DNA of 49,572 nucleotides, taken from the NCBI GenBank assembly GCA_034667245.1, contig JAXDKI010000106.1:1-49572 (forward strand). The letters run 5' to 3'. Made by a program: the position numbers and the translations under genes. The notes under the pieces are model-generated. The model was not told where the DNA came from. It was given only the letters and a program-made list of their open reading frames with translations, and ran no database searches. Of the stretch, positions 1-8,921 are shown piece after piece. The DNA comes from Thermomicrobiales bacterium (GTDB taxonomy: Bacteria; Chloroflexota; Chloroflexia; Thermomicrobiales; UBA6265). Every line of letters starts with the position of its first letter. Position 1 is the first letter of the stretch.

Positions 1-628
1 GGTGATCGGTACCGACGACAAGATCCAGGTCCGCGACCGTCTCCTCCATGCGGCGCACGCTCCCGGCGAGGCTGACCTTGGCGCTCGGTGGAAGTTGCGG
101 CTCGAGTAGAGCGAGCAGACGCCTGCCGATCGGTAGGATCGTGCCCAGGCGAAACCGGCCTGTTCTGCGCTGCAGCGCCGCGATCCCGGCCAAAATCTTC
201 GCCTCTGTTTTCTCGGAATACCCGGATAAGGTGCGGATCCTGCCGGTCTGTGCGGCCTCCTGAAGTCCCGCGAGGTCGACGATACCGAGCTCCGTATGGA
301 GGCGTGCCACGGATTTCGCCCCCAGTCCGGGCACCTCGGCAAGCTCGAGCAAGGATGGGGGTACCTGGCGCTCGAGATCCTGGATGGCCCGCGCGGTGCC
401 GGTGCGGACGAGTTCCTCGATCAGCGCCGAAAGCCCCTCGCCGACGCCCTCGATCTGACGGAGGCGTCCGGTCCGCGCCAGGTTCGTAACCGGCTCTGGA
501 TGGTGGCGCACCGCGTCCGCGGCGCGCTGATAGGCACGGACGCGGAAGCCGCTCTCTCCACTGAGCTCCAGCATCCGACCGTAACGGTGCAGGAGCTCCG
601 CGATCTCGTCATTCACAAAATCGGTCAT
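1..628 (-). CDS. polX: DNA polymerase X family protein (PolX), N-terminal part; runs off the window edge
   Basis: Not in the ORF track. Manual translation from ATG 628 gives MTDFVNDEIAELL...GESGFRVRAYQRAA...IEGVGEGLS...VPGLGAKS...AGSVRRMEETVADLDLVV, i.e. the PolX 8-kDa/HhH domains and the GSxRR...DxD nucleotidyltransferase motif. Confidence 0.93.
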   Translation of the reverse strand, partial: MTDFVNDEIAELLHRYGRMLELSGESGFRVRAYQRAADAVRHHPEPVTNLARTGRLRQIEGVGEGLSALIEELVRTGTARAIQDLERQVPPSLLELAEVPGLGAKSVARLHTELGIVDLAGLQEAAQTGRIRTLSGYSEKTEAKILAGIAALQRRTGRFRLGTILPIGRRLLALLEPQLPPSAKVSLAGSVRRMEETVADLDLVVGTDH

Positions 629-666
629 GCCGTACCCGAAAGGACGAACATTCGTCCCAAAACGGT

Positions 667-1917
667 TCAGTCGGCGGCCAACATATCCCGCGATCCCGCC
701 CGTGTCGCGCGAGACAGCGCTCTGAGCGCGGGCAGCGGCCGGTCGGCAAGGACGAGGAGGAAGTCGCGCGGTTTCGCCATGGCGAGCGCACGGCTGATTG
801 CCCGGCGCTCCGAGGGCGTGTGGACGATCGGCGGCGGTACGTCGCTGAGGGCGACACCTTGCCTGAAGCTGGTGGCGCGGCTGGTGTTCTCCGATTCAGA
901 GTGCAGCACCAGGCCGCTGCTGGCCCGACCGAGCAGGCGGCCGACCTCCGCCAGGTCGACATCCGGAACCGGATCGAGCCGGCCAACCACGGTGATCAGA
1001 CGCCCAATCGCCCTGTCCTTCACCGCGCGCAGCACGGGGCGAAGGAACCACGACGGTTCAGGTAGGCCGACAATCGCCGTCACTCCGTTGACGTCCACGA
1101 TATTGAACGACCCCGGCATCGAGCGCGGAGAGGGTCGAAAGGCGCGTAGCGCGCGCGAGATGTGAGCCTCACCGATTCCCATCGCCGTCGCGACCGCTGC
1201 CGCCATAAGCCCATTGTGCACTTCGAAGCCGGCTGCACCGTTCAGGGCAAACGCCAATTCGTCGGTTCTGCCCAGGTGCCGAGTGGCGGTGGCGTCGCCG
1301 ACGACGAGTGAACCGTCTTCGACCCAAGCGGCGTTCCCGCCGGCACTGAGATGCTCGCGCAGAAGGGGAGTCACCCGATGCAAGGCGACAAGCCACTGCG
1401 GTCGGTCGCGAGGGACCTCGTCCCCTGAGACCGAGAAGTCCTCCCCATTGAGCACGACGAGACCTTCGGGGCTAGCCGCGGAGAGGAGTTCGGGAAGCGT
1501 CTGCGATGCCAGTCTGGCTTCGCCGTGGATCATGCAGGCTTCTCGGTTGGCGCAGACATTGGTGACGGCGACGATCGCCGCCGAAGCCGGCTGCAGGCCG
1601 GACGTGCGAACCGTCGACCAGCCGATCTCACGAACCGCGACGTCCAGCGTTCCCTCGTCGAGACGCGAGTCGACTCGCGACCACGGCACCAGCTCCCCGC
1701 GTTGGGGTGTCCCTTCGACCTCGACACCCATGTCCGTCCAGATTGCCGACCGTAGGCCGGCCTCGTGGAAGATCGCGTCGAGAAGCCGGACGACCGTCGT
1801 CTTTCCGCGAGAACCGGCGACGACGACGACCGGCTTGATTCCGGCACTCGTGATGCGCGAGCGCCAATCGGCGAATGTCGGGAATGCAACTGGGCTACTG
1901 CTCTGCATAGAGCTCAT
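667..1917 (-). CDS. Mur-ligase-like protein resembling the C-terminal (M) domain of cyanophycin synthetase, degenerate
   Basis: P-loop VAGSRGKTT, plus VTNV, VVLNGED, HNGLMAAA and MPGSFN, which follow the CphA Mur-domain layout. ATGA overlap with rdgB. Confidence 0.75.
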   Translation of the reverse strand: MSSMQSSSPVAFPTFADWRSRITSAGIKPVVVVAGSRGKTTVVRLLDAIFHEAGLRSAIWTDMGVEVEGTPQRGELVPWSRVDSRLDEGTLDVAVREIGWSTVRTSGLQPASAAIVAVTNVCANREACMIHGEARLASQTLPELLSAASPEGLVVLNGEDFSVSGDEVPRDRPQWLVALHRVTPLLREHLSAGGNAAWVEDGSLVVGDATATRHLGRTDELAFALNGAAGFEVHNGLMAAAVATAMGIGEAHISRALRAFRPSPRSMPGSFNIVDVNGVTAIVGLPEPSWFLRPVLRAVKDRAIGRLITVVGRLDPVPDVDLAEVGRLLGRASSGLVLHSESENTSRATSFRQGVALSDVPPPIVHTPSERRAISRALAMAKPRDFLLVLADRPLPALRALSRATRAGSRDMLAAD

Positions 1918-2537
1918 GTCTCAGCGTCCTCGGTGAGACCAAATAGGGCCAATAGGGAGGGCAAGGCCGTTTGGCAAGCCCTTGCTCGGTGACTCTTCGC
2001 GTTCTTCTCGTCCGGCAGGAGTTGCGCCATCGTTCGACCATCGGGAAACACGAACAGGGGGTCGTAGCCGAAACCGTGCTCGCCGGACGGACTGAACGCA
2101 ATCGAGCCTTCACAAACTCCTTCCGACTCTACCTCCTGCCCGTCCGGTGTCGCAACCACCAGAACGCAGCGGAACCTGGCGCCCCTTTGGGCAAAGGGTA
2201 CACCCGTCAGCGCGGCCAGGAGCTTCTCTCGGTTGGCCCGGTCGTCTCCGCCTTCGCCGGCATACCGTGCCGAATGAAGACCGGGAGCACCGCCCAGGGC
2301 GTCCACTTCGAGGCCCGAGTCATCGGCCAGCGCGATCAGACCCGACTGGCGTGCGGCTGCCCGTGCCTTCAACCGAGCATTCTCGGCGAATGTGGTTCCC
2401 GTCTCAGGCGGAGACTCAAGTCCGACGTCCGTCAGCGACAGCAGCTCCAACGGACGAGGCAGCAGCGCTCTGAACTCCTTCAGCTTGCCGCGGTTGCCGG
2501 TCGCGACGAGCAGTCGCGGTCGTGCTCCTGTGCTCAT
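1914..2537 (-). CDS. rdgB: RdgB/HAM1 non-canonical purine NTP pyrophosphatase
   Basis: ATGNRGKLKE, ENARLKA, ADDSGLEVDAL, GFGYDPLF and KSHR motifs. Confidence 0.96.
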   Translation of the reverse strand: MSTGARPRLLVATGNRGKLKEFRALLPRPLELLSLTDVGLESPPETGTTFAENARLKARAAARQSGLIALADDSGLEVDALGGAPGLHSARYAGEGGDDRANREKLLAALTGVPFAQRGARFRCVLVVATPDGQEVESEGVCEGSIAFSPSGEHGFGYDPLFVFPDGRTMAQLLPDEKNAKSHRARACQTALPSLLALFGLTEDAET

Positions 2538-3364
2538 CGAGTTGACTCCGCCGGCTTTGCCTCTTCCATCCCGACGGACAATCCGAACACGCGGCGAGCA
2601 TTTTCAGTCGTCGCGTTCGCGACATCGTCGAGCGTAACCGACTTTAGCGAAGCGAGGGTGGCGGCGATCGCCGGGATGTTGACGGGAGAATTGCGGCGAT
2701 CCTTGATCCCCGCCGGGGTCAGATACGGGGCATCAGTTTCCAGCAGCAGGCGGTCCATTGGGAGGTTCCGAACGATCTCGCGGAGCCGGGCATTCGATTC
2801 GCGGGTGACCAGGCCACCGACGCCGAAGAAGAATCCCCGGCCGAGGGCGTATTCGGCCAGCTCTTCGGAGCCGTCGAAGCTGTGCAACACGGCGATCAGG
2901 TGGTCGCCGATGCGGTCGAGCTCAGATCGGAGATCTTCCTCGACCTCTCCGCGCATGTGGATCACAACGGGCAGGCGACACTGTGTCGCGAGGTCGAGTT
3001 GGGTCGCGAAGGCGCGGCGCTGGGAGTCCCGGTCGGACAAGTCGCGAAAGTAATCGAGCCCGATCTCTCCGAGCGCGACTGGGCGATGCTTCTCGATCGT
3101 CGCAGCGAGGTCCGCGAGCAAGCTGGCACTGAATTCGTCGGCGTGATGCGGATGCAGACCGAGCGTGAATGAAACGTCGTGGCGACGCTCGGCCAGGGCG
3201 ATTGACGTCCGCCAGCGATGCGGGCGGTAACCGATGTTGACGACATGCCGGACACCGACATTCGTCGCCGCGGCCAGGATGGCGTCAAGGTCGCCCTCGA
3301 AGCGCCCATCGTCAAGATGGGCATGCGTATCGACGAAGGTCGGTGTGTCGTTGCCTGAGATCAC
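2534..3364 (-). CDS. tatD: TatD family hydrolase/DNase
   Basis: DTHAHLD, GLHPH, GEIGLDY, IHMR, HSF and LETDAPYL motifs. GTG start at 3364 overlaps the glmS stop (GTGA). Confidence 0.94.
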   Translation of the reverse strand: MISGNDTPTFVDTHAHLDDGRFEGDLDAILAAATNVGVRHVVNIGYRPHRWRTSIALAERRHDVSFTLGLHPHHADEFSASLLADLAATIEKHRPVALGEIGLDYFRDLSDRDSQRRAFATQLDLATQCRLPVVIHMRGEVEEDLRSELDRIGDHLIAVLHSFDGSEELAEYALGRGFFFGVGGLVTRESNARLREIVRNLPMDRLLLETDAPYLTPAGIKDRRNSPVNIPAIAATLASLKSVTLDDVANATTENARRVFGLSVGMEEAKPAESTR

Positions 3365-5130
3365 TTCACCGTTACGCTCTTCGCGAGGTTGCGCGGTTTG
3401 TCCGGGTCGTTCCCGCGCAACAACGCCGCGTGGTAGCCGAGCATTTGGGCCGGCAACGCTTGAACCAGCGGTGCGGCCTCGCCCACGTCCGGTGTCGGCA
3501 GATGGACATCGAAGACCGGATCGCAGGTTGGGCCGATGCCGATAATGTAGCCGCCGCGGCTCTTCAACTCCATCGCCCCTGACAGGATGTCGGCGCGGGT
3601 CTCGTCGTTCGGTGCGTAGACGACGCACGGGGTGCCGGGAGCGATCAGAGCGATGACGCCGTGCTTCAGCTCGCCGCCCGCGAAGCCTTCCGCATGAATA
3701 TAGCTGACTTCCTTGATCTTGAGCGCGGCTTCGAGGGCGGTTGGGTAGGACAGACCACGCCCGATGATGTAGAGATGGTCGGCACGATGGACCTGTCGAG
3801 CAACCTCTCTGATGCGACCGAGCCACGGTTCGGCAAGCATCCAGCGCAGCGCATCGGCCGCGAGGAGGACTTGCTCACGGCCCCGTTCGTAGTTGCCCGT
3901 CAATGCGTGCGCGGTCAGCAGCAGCGTCGCCACCTTGGCCGTGTACGCCTTGGTTGAGAGCACGCACTGCTCCGGCCCGGCGCCGAGATGGACGCGCAGA
4001 TCCACCATGCGGTCAAGCGTCGACCGGGGCACGTTGACGAGCGCACCGAGCCGCGAACCCCGCTTTCGCGCGGCGAGCATCGCCTCGATCACGTCGGCGG
4101 TTTCGCCGCTTTGCGAGAGCGCGACCACGAGGCTGCGCGGAGTCAGAAAGTGCTCGTGGTATTTGAACTCCGAACCGACGACGAAGTTGACGTGGCGCGA
4201 CGCGACGCGGCTGAAGAGATACGAGCCGGTCAATGCCGCGTATGATGCCGTTCCACAGCCCATCAAAAACGTTCCGTACGACTCCTGGATCGCGTCCGCG
4301 AGCGCAAGAATCTGATCTTTGCCGTCGTTGGCCAGCCGCTCCAGGACAGCCGGTTGCTCCGCCATCTCCTTCGACATGAAGTGCGGGTGCTCGCCGAGCT
4401 CCACGTCGCGCGATTCCAGGTCCATGTCCACGAAGTCGCCGTCGATCTCCTGCATCGTCCGCCTGTCGTAGACCGTGATGCCGGAGTGGCCGAGGCGAAC
4501 CAGGTGATGGTCCTCCAGGTAGAGGATGCGATCGGCGTGACCCCGCAGGGCCAGCGCGTCGGAGGCGATTGAGGTTCCCGCCGGTCCGATGCCGACGACG
4601 AGCGGCGACACGCTCTTGGCGGCGATCAGCGAGCGCGATCCCAAGTCGAGCACGATGATCGCGCTCAAACCCTCCAGGCGCGAAAAGACCGCGGCGAGCG
4701 CCGCGGTGACGTCCGTCGTCCCGCCGGCGACCTCTTCCTCGAGGAGATGGGCGATCACCTCCGTATCGGTTTCGGATTGAAACTCGTGACCGCGTGCGAG
4801 AAGTCCGTCGCGGAGTTCTCGGAAGTTCTCGACGATGCCGTTGTGGATGATCGCCAGGCGTCCAGTGCAGTCCAGATGGGGATGGGCGTTCGCCTGCGTG
4901 ACGCCGCCGTGCGTGGCCCAACGCGTGTGTCCGAACCCGATGTCGGACGCGGGAAAGTCGACCGTTGCATTGGCGATCTTGCCGGGACGCTTCTCGACGC
5001 CGATGTGTCCGTTGACGCCGATGGCCACACCCCAGGAATCGTAGCCGCGGTATTCGAGGGTCTTGAGGGCATTGAGGACGGCGCCGCCGACCTCCATCTG
5101 CTCACCGACGTAGCCGAAGATTCCGCACAT
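3361..5130 (-). CDS. glmS: Glutamine--fructose-6-phosphate aminotransferase
   Basis: N-terminal MCGIFG, LEYRGYDS, GHTRWATHG, SQSGETAD, and C-terminal PRNLAKSVTVK. SD GGGAGG lies upstream of ATG 5130. Confidence 0.98.
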   Translation of the reverse strand: MCGIFGYVGEQMEVGGAVLNALKTLEYRGYDSWGVAIGVNGHIGVEKRPGKIANATVDFPASDIGFGHTRWATHGGVTQANAHPHLDCTGRLAIIHNGIVENFRELRDGLLARGHEFQSETDTEVIAHLLEEEVAGGTTDVTAALAAVFSRLEGLSAIIVLDLGSRSLIAAKSVSPLVVGIGPAGTSIASDALALRGHADRILYLEDHHLVRLGHSGITVYDRRTMQEIDGDFVDMDLESRDVELGEHPHFMSKEMAEQPAVLERLANDGKDQILALADAIQESYGTFLMGCGTASYAALTGSYLFSRVASRHVNFVVGSEFKYHEHFLTPRSLVVALSQSGETADVIEAMLAARKRGSRLGALVNVPRSTLDRMVDLRVHLGAGPEQCVLSTKAYTAKVATLLLTAHALTGNYERGREQVLLAADALRWMLAEPWLGRIREVARQVHRADHLYIIGRGLSYPTALEAALKIKEVSYIHAEGFAGGELKHGVIALIAPGTPCVVYAPNDETRADILSGAMELKSRGGYIIGIGPTCDPVFDVHLPTPDVGEAAPLVQALPAQMLGYHAALLRGNDPDKPRNLAKSVTVK

Positions 5131-5300
5131 ACTCGTAACCAACCTCCCGTGAACGCGCCAGCGCTCGTCCCTGTCTCTGCGACGGGGCCGGCGGCGCATA
5201 CGGTATGAATGCCCTGATGGCTGCCTGAACGACAGCCTGGGCATCTCGGGTACCTACCGATAGGATGGCACGGGAGGGGACATTTGGGGGGTGTGGTGAT

Positions 5301-5446
5301 GGCACTTAAGTCGGGTTTTGTACACCGGTTGCCCGGTTCTTTTGTCCCGACGTTGACGACCGTGCCGGCCGGGGAGCCATCCGCCGAAGGGTTCGATCGG
5401 CTCCCACCTCGTCAACTCGCAGCCTCCGCGCGAGTCCTGGCGCTAC
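5301..5446 (-). ncRNA. glmS glucosamine-6-phosphate-activated ribozyme
   Basis: Minus strand reads AGCGCCAG-GACUCGC..GCGAGUU-GACGAGG-UGGGAGCC-GAUCGAA..UUCGGCGGAUG-GCUCCC-CGGCC(GGCAC)GGUCG..GUCGGG-ACAAAA-GAACCGG GCAA CCGGU-GUACAAAA-CCCGAC-UUAA-GUGCC. This contains the core motifs, P1-P4 and the P3.1 pseudoknot (GGCAC/GUGCC), and lies upstream of glmS. Cleavage is expected between 5444 and 5443. Confidence 0.95.
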
Positions 5447-5606
5447 GTGCGTGATAAAGACGTTGACTCCACCCCTGATTTCGCGTCCTCATGCCCAGTG
5501 TGATCCGCGCTCAGTGTAGTCGTCGGTCTGCCTCAGCGCAATGCGATGCCGTATACTCGGCGTGGACCAAGGGTGTCCGTTCATTCGCTCGGAAGGGACT
5601 TCAGAC

Positions 5607-6947
5607 GTGATTGGTCGCTACACCAGACCCGAAATGGGTGCGGTCTGGAGCGACGAACGGAAGATCGATGCCTGGCTGGCGGTTGAGAAGGCGGTCTGCG
5701 AAGCCTGGTACCGGCGGGGCCGCATTCCTGACTGGGCGATGCCGGCGATCCGCGCCGCCACCTGCGACCTCGATCGCATGCGCGAGATCGAGCAGGAAAC
5801 CGACCACGACGTCATCGCCTTCCTCCGCGCCGTCGGTGAGACCGCTGGCGATGCCGCTCGATTTATCCACCTCGGCCTGACCAGCTCCGACATCGTCGAC
5901 ACCGGACTCGCGCTTCAGGTCAGCCAGTCTGGAGAATTGCTGACAGCCGGGCTTGCCCGACTCGTCGACGTGGTCGGCGCTCAGGCCGTTCGACACAAGC
6001 ACACCGTCATGATCGGTCGGACGCACGGCGTCCATGCAGAACCGACGACGTTCGGTCTCAAGCTGGCCGTCTGGTTCGACGAGTTGCGCCGGCACGAGCG
6101 GCGGCTCGCACTCGCATGCGAGGACATGGCGGTCGGAAAACTCTCCGGCGCGGTCGGCACGCATGCCCACGTCCCGTTGGGCCTTGAAGACGAGGTCTGC
6201 GCCGACCTAGGACTTCGCCCCGCCCCGGCCTCGACCCAGATCGTCCAGCGCGACCGGCACGCCTTCTTCCTCTCGGTCCTGGCCGGGATCGGCGGGACCC
6301 TGGAAAAGATCACGACCGAGATTCGGATGCTCCAGCGCACCGAAGTTCGGGAAGCGGAGGAGCCGTTCCCAGCCGGGAATCAGGGTTCGTCGGCAATGCC
6401 GCATAAGCGAAATCCCCACGCGTCGGAGCGCGTCGCCGGCTTGGCGCGCTTGCTGCGGGGCTATGCGGTCACCGCCCAGGAAAACGTGGCACTCTGGCAC
6501 GAGCGCGACATCAGCCACAGCTCGGCCGAGCGCGTGATCTTCCCGGACGCCTGCATCCTGACCGACTATCTGCTCGACCTCGTCACCGAACTCGTCGAAC
6601 ACCTCGTCGTCTACGAGGATCGGATGCGAGCGAACGTCGACCTCACCGGCGGGCTCGTCTTCTCACAGCGCGTCCTGCTCGCGCTCGTCGATGCCGGGAT
6701 GGATCGGCAGCGCGCCTACAAGCTCGTTCAGCGGCACGCGATGGACGCCTGGGATCGCGGAACGTCGTTCAAGGAGACGCTCGGCTCGGATCCTGAGGTG
6801 AATCGCCTTCTGGAACCGTCGCTCTTCGAATCGCTGTTCGATCCGCAGGAACAGCTGGTAAACGTTGATGAGATCTTTGCTCGACTGGGTCTCGGCAACG
6901 ATGTCGGGTCGGTCGAGTCGCGGTTCGCGGAGGCGGTCCTGGCGTGA
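5607..6947 (+). CDS. purB: Adenylosuccinate lyase
   Basis: HDVIAF, HLGLTSSD, GRTHGVHAEPTT and GSSAMPHKRNP motifs. GTG start at 5607 inferred. Confidence 0.97.
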   Translation: MIGRYTRPEMGAVWSDERKIDAWLAVEKAVCEAWYRRGRIPDWAMPAIRAATCDLDRMREIEQETDHDVIAFLRAVGETAGDAARFIHLGLTSSDIVDTGLALQVSQSGELLTAGLARLVDVVGAQAVRHKHTVMIGRTHGVHAEPTTFGLKLAVWFDELRRHERRLALACEDMAVGKLSGAVGTHAHVPLGLEDEVCADLGLRPAPASTQIVQRDRHAFFLSVLAGIGGTLEKITTEIRMLQRTEVREAEEPFPAGNQGSSAMPHKRNPHASERVAGLARLLRGYAVTAQENVALWHERDISHSSAERVIFPDACILTDYLLDLVTELVEHLVVYEDRMRANVDLTGGLVFSQRVLLALVDAGMDRQRAYKLVQRHAMDAWDRGTSFKETLGSDPEVNRLLEPSLFESLFDPQEQLVNVDEIFARLGLGNDVGSVESRFAEAVLA

Positions 6948-7837
6948 TCGCTCCGGTCCGCGAGACTGCCTTGCCGGGTCTGCCCCTCTTCCGCCGGGGC
7001 AAAGTACGAGACTCCTACGTCGTTGGCGAAGATCTGCTGATGGTGGCGACGGACCGGCTCTCGGCGTTCGACGTCATCCTGCCGACGCCCATCCCGGACA
7101 AGGGCGTGGTCCTCACCCAGCTGTCGCGATTCTGGTTCGGCCTTACCACGTCGATTGTTCCCAATCACGTGATTTCCGCGGCGGTCGACGGGTTCCCTGA
7201 GGCGCTGGCGGCGTATAGAACCGATCTCGGCGGCAGGTCGATGCTCGTTCGACGGGCGGAGCGAATCGACGTCGAGTGCGTCGTGCGTGGCTACCTCGCG
7301 GGCACGGCCTGGGCGGAGTACCGCGAGCATTCGACGCTCGCCGGCGAGGCTCTGCCGGCCGGACTGCGGCAGTCTGATCGGTTCACACAGCCACTTTTCA
7401 CACCGGCGATCAAGAACGACGCCGGGCACGATCAGAACATCTCTATCGCGGAACTTCGTAGCCTGGTCGGCGGAGAGCTGGCCGAACGGCTCGAAGCGAC
7501 GAGTCTTGCCCTCTACGAGTTCGCGGCGAATCACGCTCTGCAACGGGGAATCATCCTCGCCGACACCAAGTTCGAGTTTGGCTGGATCGACGGTGAGCTT
7601 CGGCTGATCGACGAGATCTTGACCCCCGATAGCTCCCGGTTTTGGGACGCGTCCGGCTACGAGCCAGGTCGGGATCAACCGAGCTTCGACAAACAGTTCG
7701 TCCGCGATTGGTTGAGCCAGACCGGCTGGAACAAGGAGCCGCCGGCTCCATCCCTTCCACCCGATGTCGTGTCGGGAACGGTGGCTCGATACCACGAGGC
7801 CTACGAACGCTTGACCGGTTCGCCCCTTCATGTCTAA
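6944..7837 (+). CDS. purC: SAICAR synthetase
   Basis: GKVRDSY, TDRLSAFD, ADTKFEFG, DEILTPDSSRFW and FDKQFVRDW motifs. Confidence 0.97.
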   Translation: MIAPVRETALPGLPLFRRGKVRDSYVVGEDLLMVATDRLSAFDVILPTPIPDKGVVLTQLSRFWFGLTTSIVPNHVISAAVDGFPEALAAYRTDLGGRSMLVRRAERIDVECVVRGYLAGTAWAEYREHSTLAGEALPAGLRQSDRFTQPLFTPAIKNDAGHDQNISIAELRSLVGGELAERLEATSLALYEFAANHALQRGIILADTKFEFGWIDGELRLIDEILTPDSSRFWDASGYEPGRDQPSFDKQFVRDWLSQTGWNKEPPAPSLPPDVVSGTVARYHEAYERLTGSPLHV

Positions 7838-7856
7838 GTCCAATGAGGCGCGTGCG

Positions 7857-8171
7857 ATGACGTTGAATCAACCCAACGGAGCCGGTGGCGCGCTCCAGCA
7901 GTGGACCGTCGAGGTCGTGGTCGTTCCCAAGGAGGGCGTCAACGACCCGGAGGGCGAAGCCATCCTGGGCGGTCTCCGAAGTCTCGGCTACGCGACGGTC
8001 CAGCGGGCACGGTCCGGGAGGTTCTTCACCCTGACAGTTTCCGCCCCGGATGCCGACGCCGCGCGCGAGGACGCCTCGCGGATGGCCGATCGATTGCTTG
8101 CCAACCCGGTCATCCAGACGTTTCGCATTGAATCGGTGCAACCGGACCAATCCGCGATCGGGAGGGTCTGA
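7857..8171 (+). CDS. purS: FGAM synthase subunit PurS
   Basis: PKEGVNDPEG and LLANPVIQ motifs; lies between purC and purQ. Start at 7857 (or 7830). Confidence 0.92.
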   Translation: MTLNQPNGAGGALQQWTVEVVVVPKEGVNDPEGEAILGGLRSLGYATVQRARSGRFFTLTVSAPDADAAREDASRMADRLLANPVIQTFRIESVQPDQSAIGRV

Positions 8172-8178
8172 TCCAGCG

Positions 8179-8889
8179 ATGGCGAGTCGAAGCCAGGTCG
8201 GTGTCATCAGTTTTCCCGGTAGCAACGGCGACCACGATGCGCTGCATGCGCTTTCTCACGACCTCGGCGTCCCGAGCCGCATGGTGGACTATCGAGAAAC
8301 AGACCTCTCACCGTTCTCCGCCCTCGTCGTCCCAGGCGGGTTCTCCTACGGCGACTACCTCCGCTGCGGCGCTATTGCCCGGTTCGCGCCGGTGATCGAG
8401 CCGCTACGCGAATTTGCGGCGCGAGGCGGTCCGGTCCTTGGCATCTGCAACGGGTTCCAGATCTTGACCGAGGCTCATCTGCTCCCCGGTGCGCTCCTAC
8501 GCAACGAGTCGCTCCGCTTCCAGTGCCATTGGACGCACTTGCGCATTGAGCAGACGGCGACCCCCTGGACCGAGGCATTGTCATCGGGCGAAAGGATCCG
8601 GTTGCCGATAGCGCACGGTGAGGGGGCATATTTTGCAGACGCGGAGACCCTAGACCGACTCGAAGCGACCGGTCGTGTCGTGGCACGGTACTGCGACGAC
8701 CAGGGCGGGGTAACTGCCGACGCAAACCCGAACGGCTCGGTCAACAACATTGCCGCCGTGGCGAACGAGACCGGCAACGTGGTTGGCTTGATGCCGCATC
8801 CGGAACGTGCGACCGATCGCACGATCGGCGGAGACGATGGCCTGCGACTGCTGCGATCGATTTTGTCCACGCTCAGCGTTCCCGCTTAG
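8179..8889 (+). CDS. purQ: FGAM synthase glutaminase subunit PurQ
   Basis: FPGSN, PGGFSYGDYLR, GICNGFQ, AHGEG and MPHPER motifs. Confidence 0.97.
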   Translation: MASRSQVGVISFPGSNGDHDALHALSHDLGVPSRMVDYRETDLSPFSALVVPGGFSYGDYLRCGAIARFAPVIEPLREFAARGGPVLGICNGFQILTEAHLLPGALLRNESLRFQCHWTHLRIEQTATPWTEALSSGERIRLPIAHGEGAYFADAETLDRLEATGRVVARYCDDQGGVTADANPNGSVNNIAAVANETGNVVGLMPHPERATDRTIGGDDGLRLLRSILSTLSVPA

Positions 8890-8921
8890 GCATTCTGCCG
8901 CATCATCCAGGAGAGAGACGG

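Noticed and set aside
296-3053. Long + strand ORFs (289, 240, 360 aa), and similar antisense ORFs throughout the window (e.g. 12431-13879, 14453-15913, 17164-18261)
   Set aside because: They are antisense or alternative-frame shadows of well-supported genes, expected at high GC, and carry no recognisable motifs.
3365-3826. N-terminal extension of the TatD ORF (430 aa)
   Set aside because: It overlaps glmS in another frame; the real start is the coupled GTG at 3364.
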